DNA of 64,000 bases. It comes from Selaginella moellendorffii. Its lineage: Eukaryota; Plantae; Lycopodiophyta. The position numbers were made by a program, and so were the translations under genes. Below are positions 48,659 to 61,800 of this stretch, piece after piece (positions within the stretch are counted from its first letter, which is position 1; each line of letters starts with the position of its first letter). The DNA lies in contig NW_003314339.1 of the NCBI RefSeq assembly GCF_000143415.4, forward strand, positions 551,751-615,750, written 5' to 3'. Below the pieces are notes generated by a model that saw only the letters and a list, made by a program, of their open reading frames with translations, did not search any database and had not been told where the DNA came from.

Positions 48659-51600
48659 ATGGCCTTCAGGGTTGGGGAAAAGGTTTACATTTTGAATGGT
48701 GGGAAGAGAGTTGCAAAAGGGACCCTTGTGTCTATGGATCGGAACTTTGTTATACACTGTCAAAGGCTTGGGGAAGGCAATGCTGCTGTATTAGTAGAGA
48801 CTGTCTTCGATGGGAATGTGGTCGCTATTGAACGAGGAGAGATGGTCGTCGGGGTAAATGTTGTTGTTGCCTTGAAAAATCTTCAGAAGAAAGCAGATGT
48901 TAGGGACAGCGCAAGTGCGACGCATGTTCCCTCCGTGGATCTTAAGAACCGTGCTACATGGATTCAGGCAAAGGTGTTTCTAAACAACCCCGAGGGGGAG
49001 GTGGTAGCTGAGGGCTTAGCCACAGTTGTCGATCCAAGAGATGCGGTTGCTAATCAAGAATTGGGCTGGGATGATATTGGAGTTGCGATTTTAGAGGTTG
49101 TTGACACAGAAGAAAACAGTCTGACTATTGGAAGCATTGTGCGGTGGAAATTGAGGCACTTAGTGTTTGAGAATGTGAAGGATTCACAATCAAACACCAC
49201 TACAACTGATGACAAAACATCTCTTCATGGGAAAAGAAAGTACACCTTCCTAAAGCGCAGCCAAAGGGATCTAAGCAACGAACCGAAAAGGCAGAAAATG
49301 GCGATAGAGGTTCGAATGGTCTCGACAGTTGCTTGTTGCAAGAGGAGGTGCTGTCAACATGCTGATTGGGATGCTATTGAAGAGGAGAGAGCAAGATACA
49401 AGACATTGTCCTGGAAGGCAGCTTGCAATTTTGTGTATGAGGCATTACGGTCATCTGTTGATGCTTCAGAACATCAGGTGGGGGGCATGGTCTTCCAGAG
49501 GGGTTTGGTCTGCATGAAGGCATGGAAAATCATTTATGGAGTCCCTCGAACCACATTCTACAGAATCAAAACTGAGTTCGAGGAACAAAGGGTTCAACAG
49601 GCAGTCCATGGGAACAACGGTACTCACAAAACCAAGGGTCATGTTGTATATGGAGAGGCAATCTTCAAGAAGTTTGTCGAGACATGTAGCGAGCAGCAAC
49701 CACATAAAACCCACCTCTTGGAAGATGGAACTCGAGACACCCAACGAGTTCTCCCTTCCATGTATACCAAGGGGGCCATATTGGAAGATGTGAATTGGGA
49801 ACTCCAGAGTAATGGCTACAGGAAGCTGAGCCAATCTAGATTTAGTAGATTGTGGAGCAACAGGTTCAGGGATGTGAGTATACGAAAGTACTCCAGCTTT
49901 TCAAAGTGTGACGAGTGCACTGCTATCAAAATGGCTTTGTCGAAGAATTCTTGCATCGCTCAAGAGCGAGAGACGTTGGTTAGAAGGCGGCTCGACCACA
50001 ACATCGAGCAGAGAAGCTGCAGGACTGCATATTATCATAACAGGATTCTCTCCATGGAGAGACCTGACTCTTACCTCTGCATCATCCACGACAAAATGGA
50101 CCAGAAAAAGACGTGCTTACCTCGACTCAATCCTGCCCCCAAGGCAATCTCTTCATCCATGCAACTGCCTGTGTCTCTGTTTGGCATAATCGCTCATGGG
50201 CATGGTGCCCAGAACTATGGGAACTTCTTTGTACCTCTATGGGGTGGCGGGGGTGCAAACATGATGATTGCGTCCCTAGCAAAACACTTAAGGTCTCTAC
50301 AAAGTGCGCAGACTGAGCTGAACGGCCAACCCTTGCATAAGGCCCTTGTCGATCGAACCCCATACAGGGTTCAGCTGAAGGAGGAGCAAAGGCTTGCAAT
50401 ATCGTGTGGGGCCCCATGCCATCCCAGTGAATATGTTGGCCGTCAGATTGTAGGGTTATCACGTGAGGCCTCATGCCATTCCGACGAGGCTGGTCGCCCG
50501 GTGAATGCACAGCCTCATCCAAACGAAGCAGAATCTCAAGGAAGTTCTTGCGGCCGATGTGGCCTTCCACCCCATCTTCTGCTCCAAACAGACAATGCTG
50601 GCAGTGAGAACAAAAACATGTACGTCTTCGCGTACTTGGCGATGCTTGTTGCCAAAGGCATATTTGAAACGGTTACACTTGGCTTTCTCATGGTTGGGCA
50701 CACTCATGAAGACGTCGATGCCATGTTCAGTCACCTGGCAGAGTCCCTCCGGCGATCCAATGTCCTCACCCTCCCACAACTCTACGATGAATTCCAAAAT
50801 TGCATCAAAGGCACTGTTGAAGCTGCACTTGTGACAGAGGTTCCAGACTTTAAGGGGTTTGTAAGAGGCTACATCAGGGACGGATCCGAAACGCTGATTG
50901 GCCACTCCAAGCCTCTTCAGTTTCATTTCAGCATGCGTGACGGTGCTCCAATGATGAGGTACAAGATGAGAGAATGGGACACAATGTGGTTGCTAGTGGA
51001 CGGCATTGAACTCTTCAAGAGAGATCCCATAACTGGGGAACCTATGATTCCTCAGGGTTCCCCACGGCCGATGCACCCGGATGGACTCAAAGACCAGGAA
51101 AGTATAGTGGCCGGGATTAGACAGCATATTGCCTTCTGGAAGAGGGGGTTGGTGTTTGGTGGAGAATCCTATTTTCAGAGGTGCAAGCCTTTGCTCGAAT
51201 ACTGGGAGAAGATTATATCTGCTATCCAAAATGGGCCGGTTGTATATGAAGAATTGGAAGAGTCCTTTTGGCCAGAACCCAGAGCACTAGATAGTAGCGG
51301 AACAATGTCCTCTGGAAATGCAGTGATAGATAACGATGTTGAGGATCACTATTGTGGGCCGAGGAACAAGAAGCCGGATTCAGCATTCAATCCAGTACAG
51401 GTCTGCAAAGGAATGGTCGTGCTTGTCAGACCCAGTAATAAAAAACAAATGATATGGGTGGGGTGTTGCATCACTGATGCAGAGGAGGACGTGGAAACTA
51501 ACTCCTTCAATGTAACTGTGGAGTGGTTCAAGCCAAGTTCCGGATATACGAAGGATTGCCTAGAAAAGAGATGGGTGCTGAATCCAAGGGATCCCAGCAT

Positions 51601-51789
51601 GAGCATATCGGTGGATAATGTTGTGCATGGTTGGATGTGGAAGCAGAGTGCCACCATCACCTTGCCAGACCATGCAAGAGATGCAGCAAGAGCATTCATA
51701 ACCCGGGTTCAAGGTGAGATTCATTAATATTCCTTTAATGTATTTTATTTCAAGGTGAACAATCCGAATCTGAATCAGAGGAGGCGTGA
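48659..51789 (+). CDS. DDE/D-type transposase (DUF7869 / Sola1-like motif pattern), intact
   Basis: 1022-aa ORF with CCKRRCC and C..AW..IYG, FSKCDEC, IIHDKMDQKK..LP, LQTDNAGSENKN, FLMVGHTHEDVDAMFS. Probable 41-nt terminal intron 51714-51754 gives the last exon GEQSESESEEA*. The family name is from motif recall, not a search. Confidence 0.85.
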
Positions 51790-52428
51790 TGGCATGTGGC
51801 CTTACGCCATTCCTAGGTGAGATGATACAAATAACAAGTATAAATTCTTAGTTGTTCTAGCATATCTTACTTAAAGTTCAAGGTGAACAAGCCGAATATG
51901 AATTCATCGGATTGTTATAACAAATTGCAAGGTGATGGCATGAGGCGATACGCCATTTGAGAGTGGTAGCCATTCCTATATGAGGTGAGTGAAATATTTA
52001 TTAGAAATACCTCATTCAATTGTGCACTTTTAAGTCTTGGTCCACTCAGTACTATTTGCATGTTTCTATTTTAATTCTTTCTCTAAAATGTTATTTAGCA
52101 TGTGGCTTCATGCCATTGCTCTCCACAATCATGCATTGAATTTTTCTATCCTTGCATAATACTTCTCCATATATATAGCATGTGCGCACATGTGATATGG
52201 TTCATTAGGCCTGATATAGTGTGTGAGGTAAAACAAAGATGATGTCACATATGCATTTACCAATCACATGTGCATAAATCTAATAATATGGCGTGTGGCC
52301 CATATTAATGGCACATAAACCCATATTGTGGGCTTACGTGCTTTATGTACCATCATTCCCTTGCAGCGTGTGTGTTGGTTTCCTTTTATAACACAACGAA
52401 CTCCATATTTTAGGGTGAAGAGCGTTCT

Positions 52429-52687
52429 CATGGCAAGCACAAAATCTGTAAGTGAGGCAGAAAAGGAGACGGAGAAGGAGATAGGTGAAGATGTAGAATA
52501 TATAAGTCTTCCAAACTCCCTGTACTATACTCCAGGTGATCATTTTTTAGAACAAACGGCAACATTAACAACTATCGAGAACGCCCCAGTAACGTCAGAG
52601 ACAACAATCCAAAGCAAAACAATTGACCCAAAGAAGGATGATAGTACCGCTGAGAGTACCAAAAAGGAGGTGTCCACTAGCGCTTAG
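52429..52687 (+). CDS. Possible small acidic/Thr-rich ORF or exon inside the DNA transposon
   Basis: MASTKSVSEAEKETEKE... after a tattttag acceptor and followed directly by a 22-bp palindrome; no recognisable domain. Confidence 0.3.
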
Positions 52688-53321
52688 GCTTATAATGGCG
52701 TGTGCCCTCATGCCATTTACTTGATCACCAAATACCTTTTTCCCTTTGCACTAGTATATCTTAATACCGGTCTGAGAAATAGAATGGCATGTGCCCTCAA
52801 GCCTTTTACTAAATCATCTTTGAAAGAAATGCAAGCCTCTATGTCGTAAAAAAAAGGTACTATAGAAATTCCTTAATAATATGAATGTTATTTAGTTTCA
52901 TGAAAATACACTAAGGGTCAAATGAGTTAAATGACTTCTCCAGACTAGCAATGCCTCTTGCTACACCTTCACAATTAGATTCGTTAGAAAAAGATAACAT
53001 TGAATAATATCTAAATGTTCTCACCATTAAGTTATATGTCTGGCTAATAGGAATGATGTTCATCTTGGAAAGCTCACCACACGCTCAATGAACAAACAAA
53101 TAGTGTGTGCGCGCATGCCATCGCTCTTCTTTAGCTTCAGATTCGGCTTGTTCACCTTGACAATGAGATTTATTATACAACCAGATGGACTCAGTCTGGA
53201 CACAAAGTCACCGCACTAGTCATTATGCCCCAGATATGTCTAGCCCCTGGACAAAAAATATATAATTTCACGTCATTTTCAAATACTTGAAAATTTGTAC
53301 CTAGTCCCATTTTACTGAATA

Positions 53322-53344
53322 AATTCCACTTTAACGAAATAGAG
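53322..53344 (-). repeat. Right terminal inverted repeat
   Basis: aattccactttaacgaaatagag is the reverse complement of the left TIR (one-G indel). Confidence 0.75.
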
Positions 53345-53469
53345 ATTATAGGAATTCTATCCTCATGCTCGTTCGATCTAAGTACAGTCGAAATGCTCAA
53401 TTAAGTCCACTAGCACAAGAGGGACTGATAAAGGATCCAACAATATTGACATTTTGCTGTCTTGGTAGT

Positions 53470-55020
53470 TTTAAGAGACTAATTTTTCCATTTTACTTTA
53501 GTCACTTAACCACACCTCCGACCACTTGGAGGAGTCTCATTCACAACCTCCATAAGTTCCAGTTAGGACTTGGGGCTTGCTAGCCCCGAGAATGGCATCC
53601 ATGCCACTCAACCTTTGCACTTGGTCTAAGTGCTCCACGTGTTCGATCCCATGACCGACACCCCAAGGTACCACCGACATATCGGCCCGTTACGCTAAGG
53701 CCATGAACATTCACCTTAGTCACACCGGTGATCTAATGCCACCTGCATCATAGTCCCATCTCTCAAAGACTGGGCCATTTGTCCATGAGTGGTCATCCCA
53801 AGTCCACTCCATAGCATCCTCAGGATGCCTGCAGACATGGGGAATAACCTTCCCCAATGTCTCCTTTCCGGTCCCCGCCAAGTCCCTTCCTGTCCATGGC
53901 CGTGTTCACCAACACTACCATTGGATCAAGGCCCATAGGCCCGACCACTAAGTCCAACTGTCCTTTAGGACTTCCTTACTGTGTGACTGTGTCCCTTGTC
54001 ACCACACTAGAGGGCTACTCCTCTTCCTTTCCACAGTCTGGGACTTTGGGCCAACATTTCGGAACACCATGGCCTTACGTAAGCCTCATGGGTACTCTCC
54101 CCATACCTCATGCCTTTTGGTGCTCTAGCCATGGGCTTAGAGCGAGGTTCCGTTGAGTCACACTAGGTATCCAAGTAGGTAGTGCCACCCACACTTGGAC
54201 TGGGAGCATCGGCCAGTCGATCTCCCGGGGGAACTAGAGCCAGCTCTTGAACACTTCACCAAGCTACCCCGCTTGTCGGTCCGTGTTCACTCTAGTCTTG
54301 GACTTCCCAGTGGGCAGCTCATCACCCAACATTGGGTCCGGCCTTCCTGGGCCAAACTGACCTTTCCTGGCCAAACTGGCTCCATTGCAGTCCTCCCCCT
54401 TACTATACTTTTGGAGCTCACCAAACCCCCCAGGGTCTGGGAGACGAACGCTTTGGGCTTTCACCCTCTCAAACTCGAACTCGGACTCGGACTCGGACTT
54501 GGACTCGGACTCGGACTTGGGCCCGGACTCAGACTCGGACTCGGTCTCGGTCTTGGTCCCGATCTCGGTCTCGGTCTCGGTCCCGGTCTCGGTCCCGGTC
54601 CCAGTCTCGGTCCCGGTCTCGGTCTCGACTTCGGACTCCATCTTGGGTCCATCTCGGACTCCATTTCGGACTCCATCTCAGGTCTATCTCGGGTCCATCT
54701 CGGACTCCATCTCGGACTCCATCTCGGGTCCAGCTCGGACTCCATCTCGAACTCCACCTCGGACTCCATCTCAGACTCCATCTCAGACACTTCCACGTGT
54801 CATGTGTTGGTCCTTTTGGGTCCCTTTTTGGAGCCTCGCTTATTGGTCGGTTCGTGCTCATTTCTCGAGCACTTTGTTGGGAGTTCCACTCCCACTCTCG
54901 ACCTTTTCAAGTCGAAGCTTTTAGTCCAAACGTGTTACGCTTGTTTGGCTTTCGCTTCGGCCACTACCATGTGGCACCCTTTCGGCTCCACTTTGGAGCC
55001 TAGGGATTTTGTGTCTCACA
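53470..55020 (-). mobile_element. Solo LTR, family A (older)
   Basis: tttaagagac (decayed TGTAAGCGAC)...gtctcaca; imperfect TSD gtagt/gcagt. Confidence 0.85.
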
Positions 55021-56486
55021 GCAGTAAGGAAAAAATATTTGAAAGCTGACAAGTAACTTTCAATACCTGTAATCATATTCGCAACACTCTAAAACTATAT
55101 CTATCCTCATTGTCTCATTAATAGTCTAAAACCACATATACTATAGTCTTGTCTTTTCAAGATTAAACCATCCATTCACGAGTGGTTATCTTATGACCAC
55201 ACTTTAGCATCTTTAGAATGTCCTAAAACATAGAAAAATACCATCTTTTAATATCCTTTTTTAGAACACTATGGCCCAATATAAACCTTATAAATACTTT
55301 CCCCACCTTTTGCCACTAGGGTGGCTAGTCCCTCTTTTGTACACATTAGTGCTTGCCAGAACTACCACTAGGTTAGGGCTTGAAAACCTATCCACTAAAT
55401 TTCACTAACCTCTGGGACTTCCTTGATTATTAAGCAAAAGGACCATTCTTCTTTCTTTCCATAAACAAGGACTTTAGAATGACATTTCGAACTTTGTAGC
55501 TAGAGCAAAGTTCCATAAGTTATGCAAGATATTCAAATAAGTAATACCACCCACATTTGGATTAGGAGCATAAACTACTTAATCTCCTGAAAGAGCTAAA
55601 GTTGATTCTTAAACACTTCATTAAGTCACCCCACTTGTCCATCTATATATTTAGACTTTATAGTTGCCGTTAAATCAATAGTTCTAATGAAGATTGGATC
55701 CACCCATCAATAATGTCTTTCAAAGAAGAAGAAGAAATCTAATTTACTCTAGGTTTGGGTCCATGTTAATCTCATGATTTGATGTAATATGGGAATGAGT
55801 CCATGTTGATCTTGAGATTAGGCTGTATAACTGGTATACTGGTTATATATGAGTCCTTATATAATCTTGAGCTTAGGTTGTATAACTTCCCATATCAGGA
55901 CAATTACAAGGAGTATGTTTAGAGAGTGGGGCAAATTGTGGCCTGGATCACCAAATGTCAATCTTAATTTGTAATGTAGAGTTGATATCAAATATAAATT
56001 TTATATATCCGAAAACCTTTAATCAATTGAAAAGGAAAGTTTTTCATAGGTTTTTTTTCCTTTATATTTGAATCCTAATAGATCATTTATTAAGTCATTT
56101 TCTTTGGTTGCTTATAAATCATTTTAAAAAATATCACTTTGTTATCAAACAAATAATTTTAATAGAGATTGGAACCACTCATTAATAATGTCTTTTTTAA
56201 AAAAGAAGAAATCAAAGCATGGGTCCATATTAACCTTGTAATCTTATTTAATATGGGCTTGGGTCCATATTAATCCTGAATAATTATCTATGTGGCTAGG
56301 TCCACCATGGATTTTCAAATGATATTTTAAAATATACTACCACTCACATATGCTATATGTGAGTGGTTCAGAGTTACTTTGTAGAAAAAGAAAAGGAGAA
56401 AGAAGAAATATGTATAAATCTAATCTTCATCCCAAGAAAATGAAAAAGGGCAAAATAAGCTATGGCAAGATATATGGTTCTAACAG

Positions 56487-56822
56487 GTGATGACATGGAT
56501 CTATGAAGCAATCTTGGGCTCTAGCAATGAATTCCCACCAATGTGGCCAGGTATATGTTAGCTTGTGTGATTGTGTGTTACACAGCATAAGCATAGGAGG
56601 CAAGCGTAAAGTCTGTGTTCCACCTGAGCTTGGTTTTGGAAAGAACCCAGGAATGTGCTGGAGTGGTGAGTAACTATCAATAAACAAGGGCTTTGTTTGA
56701 TCAAAGTGGAATTTACAGGACCATACATTGTACCAGCTAATTCTGTGCTCTTGTATGATTTAGAGTATTTGGGCTTGTGGAAATTTGATGATGACACTTG
56801 CCCATTCCATTTGTTTACATAA
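56487..56822 (+). CDS. Last three exons of an FKBP-type peptidyl-prolyl isomerase (thylakoid FKBP13/16-2-like); 5' exons not recognised
   Basis: Exons 56487-56550, 56597-56665 and 56719-56822 with GT-AG introns give VMTWIYEAILGSSNEFPPMWPG-GKRKVCVPPELGFGKNPGMCWSG-PYIVPANSVLLYDLEYLG...*, matching the FKBP pattern M..GGKR...IPP.L.YG...IP.NS.L.FD.E. Not in the ORF track. Confidence 0.7.
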
Positions 56823-57907
56823 AAATACAGAAAAGTCTAAGTTCTACATCAAAGAATGTTATATATTAAATACATATTCTTATTAAATAGATATCACAAT
56901 CAATCCCAGGAACCCTAAACCAGCATCAATGTTGGGCTATTATGGTTTTCCCCAATAGTTTTTCTATATCATTTATCTTAAATAAATTCAAACAAGAATT
57001 ATATTTATATTTTCTATATTTTAACATGAACATTGCTAATATTAGCCTTTTATAATGTTTACCCATATTTTTTAGAAAATAAAATCTTATGTATTTATAG
57101 TATAAATTTAATAAGTTTATATAAAGAATGCCTAAAGGAGTTTACTCTAAGTTTATCTTTTCAAAAACTAAAATTTAATAACTTTCAAAAAGTTATTTAG
57201 AAAATTAAAATTCTATCAATTGTATATTTATATCTATACTTAAAAATTGAATATATATCTTAAAGTTAAAAATACAATAAGGTTCTTTTATCAGTTATCT
57301 CACTCAAACTAAAATATTATTCTTTAGATCAATTTTACCAATTTTAATAAAGAAAATTAATTTTATAAATATTTTAATATTATATTTCATTTCATTTATT
57401 GCATTACATATTTTTATTGAAGTTGTATATTTAACTAAACATTTAAATTATAATTAAAGATTATTTTTAATTAACTTATCTTAATTTATCTTTGTGAGGG
57501 CCAAGTGTACAGCTACGATGTCGTATACTAATATTAGCGTAGTGGGATTTTGGTAGTCGTCAGATTGGTTTCAATCCAGACCATTCGCTCCTGTATATAA
57601 GCTAGGGTTTTTGGGCTAATTGATATGCACATTTTTGTATTCCCTTTCCATATTCCATGCACTCACATTGGTGGAGGTGAGGGGTTCCTTTGATTGTCCC
57701 CGAGGAGTGCTTGAATTTTGGATTTCGGTTTAGATCTAGTTTTTGCATTGTCTAGATCTAGCTTTTTCCATTTCCTTTCTTTTGTTCTTTCCTTTCAGGA
57801 TTTTAGTTTAGATTTAGCTTTTTGCATTTTGCATTGTCTAGATCTACCATTTCTTTCCAGCTTTTTGTCATTTCTCTTCTTTTGCTCTTTCTTTTTCATT
57901 CATCTTC

Positions 57908-58840
57908 ATGGCCGATCAGCAATCTCCTCCTTTGACTCTAGAGCAACAGTTGGTTCAATTGCTTGATGCTATGTGCTTGCAATTAAACAACCAAACTCAA
58001 TTGATGGCGGCATTCACGGTATGTGGTCCAACTCCTCCTACTCCTGGTGCCAATCCTCGCGTTCAGCTGGAGTTCTTTCGTGGGAATCCTGGGGATGATG
58101 TGTACCATTGGTTCGATTACTTCACGGTGATTGCCACATATCATTCTTGGGATGATGCTCGACGTTTGCGTGAGTTTCCCACGTGTCTCCAAGGGACGGC
58201 ATTGCAGTGGTACAATGGATTGAGTGCGGCCACTCGTGGGGATTGGAGTGTTCTTCTGGACATCTTCAAACGCGCTTTCGGACATGCCGACAATTGTGAC
58301 GATGCCTTCCAACAATTGCATTGTCTTCGCCAAGGGCCATCTAAGTCAGTGATGCAATTTGGCGTTCGTTTCCGAAGTCTTTTGCTTCGTGTGGAGCCCA
58401 ATATGTCGGAGTAGATCAAGCTAGGAATGTTGTGGCCAGCACTTCGTCAAGATCTTGTCGGCCTTGTGCATGCACTTGCTCCTGCCACCCTTGACGATGC
58501 TCTTCGCTTGGCACAACGTTATGAGACGTCGCCTCTTCCACTTCTCGCTGCACGACCTTCAGCTCCACTTCCTATGAGTGATGGTCCTGTTCCAATGGAG
58601 GTTGATGCTGCTGCTACTCGAGTCCACGGACAAGGGCGAAGACGTGGTCGTGGCCGTGATGTTCATTGCTGGGCATGTGATGAAGTTGGTCATACTTATT
58701 GGTGTTGTCGAGGCTTTCCAGATTGGCGACCTCCATTTCCTGGATGGAGACCTTGGCGTTAGCAACGTCCCGTTGGTGCTGCTGTGGTGGAAAGTTTGGA
58801 CACCGAGGTGCATCCGGGAAACGAGGAGTCGCGCGAGTAA
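57908..58840 (+). pseudogene. gag: gag of family C (in-frame stops at 58412 and 58760)
   Basis: F.G.PGDDV..W..., L.G.A..WY, GPVPMEVD, knuckle CWACDEVGH..WCC; the frame continues to PGNEESRE* at 58840. Confidence 0.85.
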
Positions 58841-61800
58841 CGGAGGGACCTTACGCGAATAAGTTAGTGACCCCTCCATCTTTCTTTCGAGAGTATCATC
58901 AAGGGGTTCACTTGGCACCGGTTCATCCAGTGTTTACTTTCCAAACTCGTTTTTATAACAAGAGGTCTCCTATTCTTCTCTCCGTGTTGGTTGATACAGG
59001 TTCGAGTTTATCTTCTATTGCTCGACCTGTTGCCACACGTTGTTGTCTACACTTGCGTCATGCAGCGGATCCAGTTTTCATTCTTTATGGCAACGGCCGT
59101 ACACATGCATGTGCACGAGATGAGGCGGACCTGGTTGTGCGTGTGGGTGATCTCGAGCTTGAGTTGCAGTCATTGCGGGTGGTGCCGAGTCAAGCTTTTG
59201 ACCTCATTCTTGGTATGGATTGGTTGCAGTGCAATCATGCCAAGTGTGACTTTGAAGCTTCTCCCCCTTATCTCATACTTCCTTATGTTTCATCCATTCC
59301 TCTCACTTCCATACTTCTTCGTCCCTCTATTTCTACCTCTGCTTCTATTACTTTTGTTTCCCCACTATTTCCTCCTATGTTTCCATCTTGTTCTGCTCTT
59401 CCCTTTTCCGATCCCTCCGAAGATCTTTGTGTTGCAGCTGTTGACTGGCTCATGAAGGAGTATTCTGATCTCTTTGAATTTGACCTATCGTCTGGGGCCA
59501 AAATTGCCACACGTCATCCGATTCCAACCGGGGATGCTCGTCCAATCAAGGTTCTGGTTCATCGTCGGTCACCCAAGGAGATCAGGATTTTATGTGCAAA
59601 CGTCAAGGAGATGTTGGAGAAGGGTGTTATTCGGAAGTCGCGGAGTCCTTGGGCATGTGAACCTCATCTTGTGACGAAGCCTGATGGGAGTATTCGTTTC
59701 TGCATCGACTATCGTCCGTTAAATGAAGTGATAATCCCAGATATGTACCCTCTTCCTCACACGGCTGATCTCTTGGATCGTCTAGGGCGAAGTCATTGGT
59801 TCACCAAGCTCGATCTTGCTTCTGGGTACTAGCAAGTACCGATGGCTGAAGAAGATATTCCTAAGACTGCTTTTCGTACACCATTTAGTTTGTACGAGTT
59901 CTTAGTGATGCCGTTTGGTTTGAACAATGCTTCAGCAACTTTCCAGCGGATGATGGACGAGGTTCTTTGTGATATGCCAGAGGTGACTACTGACTTCATT
60001 GATGATGTCTTGATTCACTCGGAGGGGACATGGGAGGAGCACATTCGTGATGTGTGTAAAGTGTTGGATCGGCTACGGGACGTTGGTTTAAAGTTGAAGC
60101 GGTCAAAGTGTGTGTTTGGGTCCAAGGACACAACTTATCTTGGGTACCGTATTTCTCATGAAGGTTTGCAAGTTGATCTTGACAAACTTGTAGCCGTTCT
60201 AAAGTTCCCTACTCCGAAGTGTGTGAATGATGTGCAGCGCTTCCTGGGCAATGTGCAGTATCTCGGTCATTTTGTGGATCATCTTTCTGATCACACTGCA
60301 CCATTGCAAGGGTTTGCTGAAGTCATCAACGTCATCTTTCATCTGGTCTTCAGATTGTGAGTAGGCGTTTGTGAATCTCAAAGAGCTGTTAACGACTCCT
60401 CCGGTTTTGGCATATCCTGACTACTCTCAACCTTTTATTTTGCACGTAGATGCTTCTGATATTGGTCTTGGAGGTGTGTTGATGCAAGAAAGCTCGATTG
60501 TGCCTGGTCAGCATCATCCCATTGTATATATAAACTGTACGTTACAACCAGAAGAAGTGAACTACTCCACGACAGAGAAGGAGTGTTTAGCGGCAGTTTG
60601 GGGTTTCGAGAAACTTCATGCATATCTACATGGTTCTCGGACATTACTTGAAGGTGACCATGCTGCCGTTACTTCATTATTAAAGCGGAAGAACCTGGTT
60701 AGTCATATTGCTCGGTGGGCTTTGAAGCTTCAGATATATAATTTTGATGTTGTTCATCACCTAGGGAGTTCTATGGCTGATGCTGATGCCCTTTCTCGAG
60801 CTCCTCTTCCTTCTCCGCTCTCTTCTCATGTTTCTGATGAGCCTGTTGTTCCAGCATCTGTGGATTTTCTAGATGAGTATTCTGTGCTGTCGGCAATTGC
60901 TGTACTTGACGTTCAGTGTCCACAAGATGCAGAGCAAGATCTACCTTCTCTTGATGAGGTTCGTGAGGCTCAAAAGATTGAGCCGTGGATTCGAAGGCTT
61001 CGAGATGCATTTGAGAATCTTGCATCACTTGCTGATGACTTGCCTTTTCGACATTTACATTCTCAATATTGTCTTGAAGATGGCCTTCTTTATTTTGTGG
61101 GGACGGATCCTGATGATCATTTACGGCTGGTGGTACCTTCTATCTTTATTCCGCGGTTTCTCCATGCCTACCATGATTCTTCTGTTCTAGGTGGGCATAT
61201 GGGACATCGTCGTGTGACCAAGAAGCTGCATAGGTCTTTCTATTGGCCGGAGATGCGACGTGATGTTATCCGGTATGTGCGTAGCTGCGTTTGGTGCCAA
61301 GCTCGTAATACTCCCCCTTATGCTGCAGAAGGACGGTTGGAGTCAATTGCAGTTTCCCGTCCGTTTGAGTTAGTGGCGTTTGATCTTATGGGACCTTTTC
61401 CACGGTCGACTGCTGGCAATGAGTATGTTATTATTGCTTCTGACTACTTGACTCGTTGGGTGGAAGTTGGTGCTCTTGCTAGCGCCTCTACAACTGCTGT
61501 TGGATACTTCCTCCTTAATCGAGTGGTGTTCCAGCATTCTTGTCTAGAGCGGATTCTTTCGGATAATGGTCTTGCGTTTATGGTTGAGGTATTTCATGTT
61601 TTGACGTCTCGGTTGGGGATATGCCACACTTTTACAAGTGTTTATCATCCACAATCAGACGGTCTGGTGGAACAGCTCATTCGGACATTCAAAGGGATGA
61701 TTGCGAAGTATGTGAACTTTCAGCATTCGGATTGGGATGGTTATTTGCCATCTCTTCGGTATGCCTATGTCACAGGGGTGCAGAGTTCTATTGATGCTTC

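Larger units (their letters stand above)
27065..53344. mobile_element. Large TIR DNA transposon, copy 2 (~13.5 kb without nested LTR insertions)
   Basis: Bounded by inverted repeats CTCTATTTCGTTAAAGTGG(G)AATT. Contains an intact DDE/D transposase and the divergent ParB-like gene. The 22-bp palindromes stop at the right TIR. No TSD is visible. Confidence 0.75.

Noticed and set aside
55021-57492. Helitron or MITE in the AT-rich tract
   Set aside because: No convincing TIRs, TSD or hairpin-CTRR end found; only short local duplications (55695-55830 versus 56167-56280).
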